In this document: piece by piece, positions 8,210 to 16,675 of the stretch
Numbering within the stretch: position 1 is the stretch's first letter
Layout of the letters: each line of letters begins with the position of its first letter
Assembly: GCA_018385335.1 (NCBI GenBank)
Contig: JAHAZN010000018.1
Span: 5,839-69,838 of the forward strand
DNA from: Prevotella sp.
GTDB lineage: Bacteria > Bacteroidota > Bacteroidia > Bacteroidales > Bacteroidaceae
DNA: 64,000 bases
Reading direction: 5' to 3'
Translations under genes and position numbers: made by a program
The notes under the pieces: generated by a model
Database searches by the model: none
Told to the model about the DNA's origin: nothing
What the model saw: the letters and a program-made list of their open reading frames with translations, nothing else

Positions 8210-9667
8210 ATGGGAGGTTTTTTTGGAACCATTTCCACAAAGGAGTGTATCGATGACCTGTTTTATGGCACCGACTACAACTCTCACCTCGGCACGAAAC
8301 GTGCCGGCATGGTGACCTTTGACAAAGAGAAAGGCTTCAGCCGTTCTATACATAGTCTGGAACGCGACTATTTCCGCTCTAAGTTCGAGGATGAGCTGGC
8401 AAGTTTTCATGGCAAACAGGGGTTGGGGGTCATCAGTGACACCGACCCACAGCCTATCATCGTCAACTCTCATCTCGGTAGGTATGCGGTGGTGACAGTG
8501 GCTAAGATCAACAATCAGAAGGAGATAGCCAACGAACTGCTGTCGAAGCGTATGCACTTCAGCGAGATGTCTGCCAACAATATTAACCAAACGGAACTGG
8601 TGGCGCTGCTCATCAACATGGGGAGCACGTTTGTTGAGGGCATCAACCTGGTGTATAACAAAATCAAGGGCTCGTGCTCTATGCTTATCCTCACCGAAGA
8701 TGGCATCATCGCTGCACGCGATTACATGGGACGCACCCCCATCGTCATGGGTAAGAAAGAGGGGGCTTTTGCCGTGACAAGTGAGACCTCGGCTTTCCCT
8801 AACCTCGACTTCGCTACCGTGAGAGATATCGGACCGGGAGAAATAGTGAAGATAAAAGCCGATGGCTTCGAGGTGCTCCAACAGCCTGCACCATGCAAGC
8901 AGATATGCTCCTTCCTATGGGTCTATTACGGATTCCCCGCAAGCGACTACGAGGGTATCAACGTGGAGGATATGCGCGAGCGTAACGGACGACTCATGGG
9001 TGAAGAGGATCATACGGAGGCTGACTGCGTCTGCGGTATCCCAGATTCCGGCGTGGGCATTGCCCTCGGCTATGCTGAAGGACACAAGATTCCTTATAAG
9101 AGAGCGGTGCTGAAATACACACCCACATGGCCGAGAAGTTTCACTCCGGGCAACCAGAGCCGACGTAATCTGGTGGCTAAGATGAAGCTCATCCCCAACA
9201 AAGCAATCTTAGAGGGACAGCGTGTGGTGTTCTGCGATGACTCTATCGTAAGAGGAACACAGCTGAGAGACAACGTGAAGATGTTCTTCGACTATGGCGC
9301 AAAGGAGGTACATGCACGCATCTCCTGTCCACCCTTGGTCTATGGCTGTCCTTTCATCGGATTCACCTCATCGAAAAGCGATCTCGAGCTCATCACACGA
9401 TGTGTCATCAAGGATTTTGAGGGCGATGAGCATGCCAAACTCAAGGAATATGCCACTACTGACTCTCCTGAGTATCAACGCATGGTGAAGGAGATAGCCA
9501 AACGACTGGGACTCACCACACTGAAGTTCAATAAGATAGAAACCCTTATCAAGTCCATCGGACTACCCAAGTGTCAGGTGTGCACCCACTGTTTCGATGG
9601 AAGCAGCCGTTTTCATGAACCGACAGAAGAAACTCAGTGTCATCCTTCCGATCTATCGGGCGAGTGA
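8210..9667 (+). CDS. PurF-like amidophosphoribosyltransferase homolog lacking the N-terminal nucleophile Cys
   Basis: 485 aa. It has the PRPP-binding motif VVFCDDSIVRGTQ and Cys positions resembling the PurF 4Fe-4S ligands (CSFLWVYYGFP, SCPPLVYGCP, CQVCTHCFDG). The N-terminus is MGGFFG rather than MCG, and an in-frame TAG at 8204-8206 rules out an N-terminal extension. Confidence 0.75.
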   Translation: MGGFFGTISTKECIDDLFYGTDYNSHLGTKRAGMVTFDKEKGFSRSIHSLERDYFRSKFEDELASFHGKQGLGVISDTDPQPIIVNSHLGRYAVVTVAKINNQKEIANELLSKRMHFSEMSANNINQTELVALLINMGSTFVEGINLVYNKIKGSCSMLILTEDGIIAARDYMGRTPIVMGKKEGAFAVTSETSAFPNLDFATVRDIGPGEIVKIKADGFEVLQQPAPCKQICSFLWVYYGFPASDYEGINVEDMRERNGRLMGEEDHTEADCVCGIPDSGVGIALGYAEGHKIPYKRAVLKYTPTWPRSFTPGNQSRRNLVAKMKLIPNKAILEGQRVVFCDDSIVRGTQLRDNVKMFFDYGAKEVHARISCPPLVYGCPFIGFTSSKSDLELITRCVIKDFEGDEHAKLKEYATTDSPEYQRMVKEIAKRLGLTTLKFNKIETLIKSIGLPKCQVCTHCFDGSSRFHEPTEETQCHPSDLSGE

Positions 9668-10547
9668 CACAATAGAAAGGTGCTTTAGCAGCATCTCTGC
9701 ACAGCAATACCAGCCGTTGGAAATCATCTTGGTTGACGACGGGTCTCCTGACGATTGTCCGGAGAGGTGTGACAACTGGGCAGAGATGCTGTCTTCTGTT
9801 CGGGTGGTACATAAGGCTAATGGTGGACTGAGCGATGCGAGAAATGCTGGACTGGAGGTGGCTACGGGCGACTATGTGACATTTATAGATGCCGACGACG
9901 AACTGACAACAGAGACTTACTGTGAGGTGATGAAGGTGATCAATGAACATCCGGAGATTGACCTCATCGAATATCCTGTCGTTGTCAACTATGGGTGTAA
10001 TGATGCCCACCTACTCTCTTTCACACCACAACTCTTCCACTCACCCAATGATTACTGGGTGGCTACGCAGGCTTACCGACATGCCTACGCATGGAACAAG
10101 ATCTACCGCAGGGAGCTCTTCAGCGAGGTGAACTTTCCCAAAGGACTGCTCTTCGAGGATATACACACCCTACCCCACCTCCTCCAAAAGACTCATGTCG
10201 TGGCGGTCACCGACAGGGGATGTTACCGCTATTGGAAGAACACACAGGGCATCACCGCCACGGCTGGAGGCAAAGAGTTGCTGATGTTGCTTCAAGGGCA
10301 TATGAACATCATCAACAATAAGTGGTTCACTGTCGATGACCTGTATTATCTACATGTCCTGAACATACAGATAGATGTGTGCCGACTGCTCAACACCCGT
10401 CCCCAACTCCCACCAAGACCTCTCACTCCACGACCGTCGTACGGACTAAAATTCTTTCTTAAGTCAATATTACTTAATCTTATAGGCATCAGCAACTTAT
10501 GCAAGACAATAAACTATCTTCATCACCTCAGAAGAAGTCGCCTTTAG
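9615..10547 (+). CDS. glycosyltransferase family 2
   Basis: KLSVILPIYRASDTIERC...VDDGSPD...DADD are GT-A/GT2 hallmarks. The start could be ATG 9597 or ATG 9615, and either overlaps the 3' end of the preceding gene. Confidence 0.8.
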   Translation: MNRQKKLSVILPIYRASDTIERCFSSISAQQYQPLEIILVDDGSPDDCPERCDNWAEMLSSVRVVHKANGGLSDARNAGLEVATGDYVTFIDADDELTTETYCEVMKVINEHPEIDLIEYPVVVNYGCNDAHLLSFTPQLFHSPNDYWVATQAYRHAYAWNKIYRRELFSEVNFPKGLLFEDIHTLPHLLQKTHVVAVTDRGCYRYWKNTQGITATAGGKELLMLLQGHMNIINNKWFTVDDLYYLHVLNIQIDVCRLLNTRPQLPPRPLTPRPSYGLKFFLKSILLNLIGISNLCKTINYLHHLRRSRL

Positions 10548-11497
10548 TGAGCTTTATCGTCACCTATCACGACGAACCTATTGACCTGCTCTGCGAGTGT
10601 CTCGACAGCATCTTCGCCCTCTCACTGCCTGCCGAAGACATGGAGGTGATTCTGGTGGACGATGGGAGCAAGCACTCGCCTCTGGCTGCTCTTGGCGAGG
10701 TAGCAGAACAGCTCATCTATGTAAGACAACCCAACCGTGGACTGAGCGAAGCAAGGAACATGGGAATGGGGATGGCTTCAGGACTGTGGCTGCAACTGAT
10801 AGATGCTGATGACCGTCTCATCACACCTGTTTACGAGACCTGCCTCGACTACGCACGCTACCGCAAGGTGGATATCGTCTCCTTCCTCTTCACCAGAGTG
10901 CCTACTGACAGCAGTATCAACTACGATAGCCCACGACAGCCTATCAGTGGAGCACAGGTGCTTCACACCACCAATCTGAGGGCATCGGCCTGCTGTTATC
11001 TGTTTAGGAAAGATATACTCGGAGAACTGAGGTTCCGTCCTGATATCTATCACGAAGATGAGGAGTTTACTCCACAGTTACTCCTTAGGGCTGAACAGGT
11101 GCAGATGACTGAACAGAAGGCTTATTACTATAGACGCCGAGACAACTCTATCACCACATCGAATGACTTGAAAAAGCAGCTTAGACGACTCAACGATAAG
11201 AAGAGTATCATCCTAAGACTGAGGACACTGAGCGACACGCTACCCATAGAAGAAAGGGTGGCACTGCAACGAAGGGTGGCGCAACTCACTATGGACTATA
11301 TCTATAACATCATCCTTGAGACCAAGAGCAGTAATTATCTGAAACGTGAGTTGAAAGAGCTCACTCAACTGGGACTCTTCCCATTGCCAAAGAAGGACTA
11401 TACGATGAAATACAAGTGGTTCCAACGCCTGTCTGCCAATGACTTTGGACTGCAGGCACTGCGTCTCCTCCTTCCGTTAATCAAGAAAGAACAATGA
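10499..11497 (+). CDS. glycosyltransferase family 2
   Basis: VSFIVTYHDEP...VDDGSKH...IDADD are GT2 hallmarks. It overlaps the previous gene by 49 nt. Confidence 0.8.
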   Translation: MQDNKLSSSPQKKSPLVSFIVTYHDEPIDLLCECLDSIFALSLPAEDMEVILVDDGSKHSPLAALGEVAEQLIYVRQPNRGLSEARNMGMGMASGLWLQLIDADDRLITPVYETCLDYARYRKVDIVSFLFTRVPTDSSINYDSPRQPISGAQVLHTTNLRASACCYLFRKDILGELRFRPDIYHEDEEFTPQLLLRAEQVQMTEQKAYYYRRRDNSITTSNDLKKQLRRLNDKKSIILRLRTLSDTLPIEERVALQRRVAQLTMDYIYNIILETKSSNYLKRELKELTQLGLFPLPKKDYTMKYKWFQRLSANDFGLQALRLLLPLIKKEQ

Positions 11498-12597
11498 AGA
11501 TACTCTTACTCGGCGAATATTCTAATGTGCACAACACCCTGGCAGAAGGTCTTAGAGCTCTGGGGCATAAGGTGGTGGTGGCATCTAATGGAGACTTCTG
11601 GAAAAACTATCCTCGAGATATCGACCTCAGCCGTCAGCTCTCCTTCACGGGGCGCGTGAGTTTCCTCTACCGTCTGCTCAAAGCGCTGCCAAAGATGAGG
11701 GGATATGATATCGTGCAACTCATCAATCCTATGTTTCTCGAGCTCAAAGCGGCGCATCTCTTCCCTATCTACCGTTATCTGCGCCGCCATAACAGACGCG
11801 TCGTACTCGGTGCCTTTGGAATGGATTGGATATGGGTGAAGGTCAACACCACGCTACAGCCTCTCCGCTATAGCGATTTTAACATCGGGACGAGACAGCG
11901 CACCAATGCTGACGCAATAAGAGAACAGCAGGAATGGATAGGCACCGACAAGGAGAGACTCAACAAGATGATTGCCGACGACTGCGATGCCATCGTTGCC
12001 GGACTCTATGAGTATCTTGTGTGTTACCAACAGGACTATGTCACGAAGACTACCTTCATCCCCTTCCCTATCCGTCTGCCGGAGACACTTCCCGCCTGTT
12101 CGTTCACCCCACCACTGAAACTCTTTATCGGCATCAATAAGACGCGCAGCGAGTATAAGGGTACTGACGTGATGCTACGGGCCGCTGAACGTATCGTCAA
12201 CGACTATCCCGACCGTGTCGTTCTGCAGAAGGCTATCTCGGTGCCATTCAATGAATATCAGTGTATGGTGGAGGGGGCTGATGCTATCCTCGACCAACTC
12301 TATAGTTACACGCCTTCGATGAACCCGCTCATGGCTATGTCGAAGGGGGTGATCTGCATAGGAGGTGGGGAGCCCGAGAACTATGAGGTGCTTGACGAGC
12401 ATGAGCTGCGCCCCATCGTCAATGTATTGCCTGAGGAGGAGGATGTGTATCAACAGCTCAAGAAGCTTGTCCTTCATCCGGAACAGATAGCACAGCTGAA
12501 GACAGACAGCATCACCTACATCGCTCGTCATCACGACCATATCAAGGTGGCGAGACGGTATGAGGCGCTCTATCGCTCCCTATTAGGCACCATGTAA
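11494..12597 (+). CDS. putative glycosyltransferase (GT-B / GT4-like)
   Basis: 367 aa. The N-terminus MKILLLGEYSNVHNTLAEGLRALGHKV is typical of GT-B enzymes. ATGA overlap with the upstream GT2. Family assignment is weaker than for the GT2s. Confidence 0.55.
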   Translation: MKILLLGEYSNVHNTLAEGLRALGHKVVVASNGDFWKNYPRDIDLSRQLSFTGRVSFLYRLLKALPKMRGYDIVQLINPMFLELKAAHLFPIYRYLRRHNRRVVLGAFGMDWIWVKVNTTLQPLRYSDFNIGTRQRTNADAIREQQEWIGTDKERLNKMIADDCDAIVAGLYEYLVCYQQDYVTKTTFIPFPIRLPETLPACSFTPPLKLFIGINKTRSEYKGTDVMLRAAERIVNDYPDRVVLQKAISVPFNEYQCMVEGADAILDQLYSYTPSMNPLMAMSKGVICIGGGEPENYEVLDEHELRPIVNVLPEEEDVYQQLKKLVLHPEQIAQLKTDSITYIARHHDHIKVARRYEALYRSLLGTM

Positions 12598-12652
12598 ATC
12601 CGAGATAACAACCATATAAATCCTTGTAAGTCGAAGACTTCCATGGACAAAT

Positions 12653-12693
12653 AAAAAAAAGAGAGGTCCACACATGTGAACCTCTCCATTTTT
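12653..12693. terminator. Bidirectional rho-independent terminator between the GT gene (+) and rpsP (-)
   Basis: An A8 run, then the stem GAGAGGT (12661-12667) / ACCTCTC (12680-12686) with an inner CACATGTG palindrome, then CATTTTTC. Confidence 0.7.
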
Positions 12694-12771
12694 CATCCTT
12701 TTGTTAAAAAGGAAAATCTCTTTAAGCCAAATTGGTCATTAGTGTTAAATAGGCTAATGGCCGATTGGGGT

Positions 12772-13326
12772 TTAAGCTTCTGCGGGAGCAGCTTCAGCAG
12801 CCTCCTCAGCGGGAGCAGCCTCCTCAGCAGCCTTAGCAGCCTCTTCTTCAGCCTTGGCAGCAGCGAGAGCAGCCTTCTTCTCAGCTACCTTCTTAGCTAC
12901 CTCTGCGTTCTGCTTCTTCTCTGCCTCAAGCTCCTTAGCAGCTGTCTCTTTCTTAGCCTTCAGTTCCTCAGCACGAACAGCCTCCAGGCCCTTTACCTTG
13001 TCAGCCTTCCATGCATCAAACTTCTTCTGAGCAGCGGCCTCATCAAAAGCACCCTTCTTCACACCACCGCGCAGGTGCTTCATGAGATAAACACCCTCGC
13101 GACTCAAAATGTTGCGTACGGTGTCTGTAGGCTGTGCTCCTACCTCTACCCAATAAAGGGCGCGCTCGAAATTCAAATCTACTGTGGCAGGATTGGTGTT
13201 GGGGTTGTAAGTACCAATCTTCTCAGTAAATTTACCATCACGTGGTGCTCTTGCGTCAGCGATAACGATGCTGTAGAAAGCGTAGTTCTTGCGACCGCCG
13301 CGCTGCAATCTGATTTTTGTTGCCAT
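12772..13326 (-). CDS. rpsP: 30S ribosomal protein S16 with long Ala/Glu/Lys-rich C-terminal extension
   Basis: [33 protein letters not shown]... is canonical bS16. The roughly 95-aa low-complexity tail is the extended form I recall as common in Bacteroidetes. Confidence 0.93.
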   Translation of the reverse strand: MATKIRLQRGGRKNYAFYSIVIADARAPRDGKFTEKIGTYNPNTNPATVDLNFERALYWVEVGAQPTDTVRNILSREGVYLMKHLRGGVKKGAFDEAAAQKKFDAWKADKVKGLEAVRAEELKAKKETAAKELEAEKKQNAEVAKKVAEKKAALAAAKAEEEAAKAAEEAAPAEEAAEAAPAEA

Positions 13327-13381
13327 TTGTTTTTTGTTTAATTAGGTTTGAATTTATGCTATCAACTCGTGAAAGCGACTG

Positions 13382-13389
13382 CAAAGGTA
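13382..13389 (-). promoter_or_regulatory. -7 promoter box (TAnnTTTG) for rpsP
   Basis: The reverse complement reads TACCTTTG, about 55 nt upstream of the rpsP ATG. Confidence 0.6.
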
Positions 13390-13432
13390 ATGCTTTTTTA
13401 TCTAATTAAGAGAGTTTGCCCTGGTTTTCTTA

Positions 13433-14068
13433 TTATTTTTTAACCAAAGTGAGTCCTACCTTCATGCCTTTGATGTTTTTCATCAGCGAGGTGATGGTCT
13501 TGATGTTGCTGCTGGTCGATCTACTTCCAAACTGTTTGAACATCTCAAGCAGTTTTGTGGCATCGGTAACAAACATCAGTTTTCCTGACTCCACCTGAGT
13601 GGTGATGCTGATGGTTTTCACCTGTCCGTAGGTGAGGAGCAACTTGCCTTCTTCAACCTTCCATGTACCCTGCATGGTCTTGGTTCCAAGCACTTCTGTA
13701 AAGGTACCGTTTTCTTCGAAGGTAAACTTCATAGCACCTGGTTTTATGCCATATTTGGTGAGATACGACTGCAACTTGTCTTCTATCTTCTTTGCGGCGA
13801 TGTTACCACCTGCTTTAGTGAGGAAGTTGTCTGACTCAAAAACGATGGCGGGTTCCTCGTAAACCCATGTGCCTGCGAGATTGTTCTTCGATGCCTGCTT
13901 GTCGGAAGAGAAGATTGATGTGAGTCCTGAGATGAGGTCACTCGTCTCTCCGCTACTTGCATTGCTGACACCGGAAAGAATACCACCCAGGTCTATCTGT
14001 GCCTGAGCAGAAGAGAATGGCATCATCATAAATGCCGTTAACATTAAGGTAAAACTAATTTTCTTCAT
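13433..14068 (-). CDS. secreted DUF4923-like (lipocalin-like) protein
   Basis: 211 aa with a signal peptide (MKKISFTLMLTAFMMMPFSSAQA). The LAGTWVYEEPAIVFESDNFLTKAGG block matches my recollection of the DUF4923 family. Confidence 0.6.
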   Translation of the reverse strand: MKKISFTLMLTAFMMMPFSSAQAQIDLGGILSGVSNASSGETSDLISGLTSIFSSDKQASKNNLAGTWVYEEPAIVFESDNFLTKAGGNIAAKKIEDKLQSYLTKYGIKPGAMKFTFEENGTFTEVLGTKTMQGTWKVEEGKLLLTYGQVKTISITTQVESGKLMFVTDATKLLEMFKQFGSRSTSSNIKTITSLMKNIKGMKVGLTLVKK

Positions 14069-14165
14069 ACTGTTGTCTTTAATTTTTCGGACGCAAAATT
14101 ACACTTTTCGGAGAGATCGACAAAATAAAATCGACGAAATCTTGGGCTTATCTATCCTTTTTACT

Positions 14166-14173
14166 TATCTTTG
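14166..14173 (+). promoter_or_regulatory. -7 promoter box (TAnnTTTG) immediately upstream of the GT2 gene
   Basis: TATCTTTG ends 7 nt before the ATG at 14181. Confidence 0.55.
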
Positions 14174-14180
14174 CACACTG

Positions 14181-15071
14181 ATGATGCAGCTTTCCATCCT
14201 CATACCCGTTTACAACAGCGATTGCACCACATTGGTTGCTACACTGTGCCAGCAAGCAAGGAGCCTTAACCTCTGCTTCGAGGTGATTGTTGCCGATGAT
14301 GGCAGTAAGCTTCAGGACATAAAGGCGGCCAATAGGGCAATCACACAATGGGAAGAGGTGGACTATATCGAACTGCCACATAACATCGGCAGGGCGGCCA
14401 TACGCAACCTGCTCGCCGAGCGGAGCCATGCCCCCCAGCTACTCTTTCTCGACTGCGACGTGGTGGCGGGTCACGAGTTGCTGAGCAACTATCTCCGCTA
14501 CCTCGACAGTGATGTGGTGTGTGGCGGCATTGCAATAGGTGGGGACCCCGAGCTGTGGCAACATAATCTGCGCTACCGGTATGAGAAGCACTGTGAGCCT
14601 CAGCACACCAGTGAACAGCGACAGCTACGGCCATATCAGAGTTTCCGAACCACCAATTTTATGGTGCGTCGCGAGGTGATGCTGCGTCATCCCTTCGATG
14701 AGCGTATCACGAACTATGGTTATGAGGATGTGCTCTTCGGCAAGGCACTCAAGGCGAGTAAAATCCGCATCACTCATATCGAAAATCCCGTGGGCATCGA
14801 CGACTATGAGGACAACGCCACTTTTCTCCTTAAGACCGAGGAGGCTCTGCGCACACTCTGCATCTTCAGTAACGAGTTGAGGGGCTACAACCGACTGCTC
14901 ACCACGGTGGACATCCTGCGGCACAAATGCCCACTACGGCTCCTCGCCCTTGTTCATCGACTCCTGAGATGGCCCATGCGAAGGTGCTTGCTACGCTACC
15001 GATGTCCGCTGACGGTCTATCAGTTCTACCGACTAACCTATTTCACATGGCTGTTGCAAAAACAGCAGTAA
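14181..15071 (+). CDS. glycosyltransferase family 2
   Basis: MMQLSILIPVYNSD...VADDGS...LDCD are GT2 hallmarks. I trimmed the track start (14073) to the ATG at 14181 behind the promoter box. Confidence 0.8.
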   Translation: MMQLSILIPVYNSDCTTLVATLCQQARSLNLCFEVIVADDGSKLQDIKAANRAITQWEEVDYIELPHNIGRAAIRNLLAERSHAPQLLFLDCDVVAGHELLSNYLRYLDSDVVCGGIAIGGDPELWQHNLRYRYEKHCEPQHTSEQRQLRPYQSFRTTNFMVRREVMLRHPFDERITNYGYEDVLFGKALKASKIRITHIENPVGIDDYEDNATFLLKTEEALRTLCIFSNELRGYNRLLTTVDILRHKCPLRLLALVHRLLRWPMRRCLLRYRCPLTVYQFYRLTYFTWLLQKQQ

Positions 15072-15085
15072 AAACAGATAAGAAT

Positions 15086-15403
15086 ATGAAAAGATTTGCT
15101 TTTAAGATGATCCTCAAGAAGGGTTGTGAGGAAGAATATGAACGTCGTCATGCTGCCATCTGGCCCGAGTTGGTGCAGATGATTAAAGACCAGGGGGTGA
15201 GCGACTATAGCATCTTCTGGGACAAGGAGACCAACCTGCTCTTCGGTGTACAGAAATGCAGTAGCGACACCAACAGCCAGGACACCGATAATGTTGACCC
15301 TATCACACAGAAATGGTGGGACATGATGGCGGATATCATGGAGGTAAATCCCGACAACTCGCCTGTCACAGTGCCCCTCAAAGAGGTATTCCACTTAGAC
15401 TAA
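15086..15403 (+). CDS. rhaM: L-rhamnose mutarotase (RhaM/YiiL family)
   Basis: 105 aa. MKRFAFKMILKKGCEEEYERRHAAIWPELV...NLLFG...QKWWDMMADIMEVNPDNSPV...EVFHLD aligns by eye along its full length with E. coli YiiL. Confidence 0.85.
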   Translation: MKRFAFKMILKKGCEEEYERRHAAIWPELVQMIKDQGVSDYSIFWDKETNLLFGVQKCSSDTNSQDTDNVDPITQKWWDMMADIMEVNPDNSPVTVPLKEVFHLD

Positions 15404-15442
15404 GACCTGTACTCACTGGTTGTCGTATAGTAGTATAGCCCC

Positions 15443-16675
15443 ATGCGCATCTGTTTCGTCACACCTTCGATCTTCTCTTACGGAGGCGTACAACGAGTAA
15501 CAGCCGTCGTCGCTTCCTACCTGTCGCGTCATCACGACGTGACCATCGTGACCTATGATGATGCAGAACAGAAAGACACCTCGTTCTACGGACTCAACAC
15601 TACACCTATCACCTATCGCACAGTGAGCTATGGCAGGGTGCCGAAACTCAAGCGGCTCTGCTGCAAGAGTTACAGCTGGCTCTTCCGCCATTGCCTACCC
15701 ACCACTCCCCTCACCTCCCGGCTCTATGCCCACTCTTCATTCCCCGGGGAGGAGCGCCGGCCGCTCGTCAACTGTCTGAACGAGGGCCACTATGATGTGA
15801 TCGTAGGTGTGCATGCCACAATATCAGCACGTCTGGGTGCTATGCGCTCTCTCTTCCCGAGAGCGATACTCATCGGATGGATTCACAACTCCTATGAGGC
15901 ACTCTTTGGTAATGGTTCACATTATATCGGACCGCAGTTGGCCAACTACTACGCCTATCAGTGGGGACGCCTTCACCATACCATCGTGCTGAGCCGTTAT
16001 GATGCCTCGCTCTATCAACAGTTGCATCACCTCTCAACGACGGTCATCTACAACCCGCTCACCCTCGTTCCGGGAGGAAGAGCCAAGGGAGGCACACGCA
16101 GGTTTCTCGCCATCGGCCGACTCTCTGCAGGACACAAGGGCTTCGACCTGCTCATCCCGGCGTTCCGTAGATTCCTCGACCTCAGACGCGAGGAAGAGGC
16201 GACGGACAGGACAGAGGAAACAGCGCTCCCCTGGACGCTGCATATCGTAGGTGAAGGTGAAGAAGAGGCGATGCTGCGACAACTCATCACCGAGAATCAT
16301 CTTGATGAAAATGTATTCATCCATCACTTTACCGATGATGTAACAACCTATTATCAGCAAGCCGATTACTACATTCTCAGTTCACGTTGGGAAGGCTTCG
16401 GTTTAGTGCTTGTTGAAGCGATGGCTCATGCGCTTCCCGTCATCTCCTCAACACTTCCGACGAGTGTGGAGGTGATGGACAACGAGGCTATTTATTTCCC
16501 TACGGGCGACATTGAGGGAATGGCACAAGCCATGCTCCGTGCTACTCATGCCGACTGGCTGAAGTGGTCGGAACGGTCGCTACAGCGCAGTCAACTATTT
16601 GCTCCCGAAGAAATCATTGCGCAATGGGAGCAACTCATCAATCTATCGTCATCAATCATAAACAATAAAATATGA
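15443..16675 (+). CDS. glycosyltransferase family 4 (GT-B)
   Basis: 410 aa. The C-terminal EGFGLVLVEAMAHALPVISS motif is typical of GT4/GT1 enzymes. Confidence 0.8.
   Translation: MRICFVTPSIFSYGGVQRVTAVVASYLSRHHDVTIVTYDDAEQKDTSFYGLNTTPITYRTVSYGRVPKLKRLCCKSYSWLFRHCLPTTPLTSRLYAHSSFPGEERRPLVNCLNEGHYDVIVGVHATISARLGAMRSLFPRAILIGWIHNSYEALFGNGSHYIGPQLANYYAYQWGRLHHTIVLSRYDASLYQQLHHLSTTVIYNPLTLVPGGRAKGGTRRFLAIGRLSAGHKGFDLLIPAFRRFLDLRREEEATDRTEETALPWTLHIVGEGEEEAMLRQLITENHLDENVFIHHFTDDVTTYYQQADYYILSSRWEGFGLVLVEAMAHALPVISSTLPTSVEVMDNEAIYFPTGDIEGMAQAMLRATHADWLKWSERSLQRSQLFAPEEIIAQWEQLINLSSSIINNKI

Noticed and set aside
7415-8881. 488-aa minus-strand ORF, the longest unexplained ORF in the track.
   Set aside because: It is antisense to two different, confidently identified genes (glyA and the PurF-like gene) and crosses their intergenic gap. 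Its translation is His/Val/Arg-rich with no recognisable motif. This is a typical shadow ORF of GC-balanced coding sequence.
12676-13341. 221-aa plus-strand Ser/Leu-rich low-complexity ORF.
   Set aside because: It is the antisense translation of rpsP and its Ala/Glu/Lys-rich tail (GCN/GAR/AAR read backwards gives Ser/Leu/Phe), so it is not a gene.
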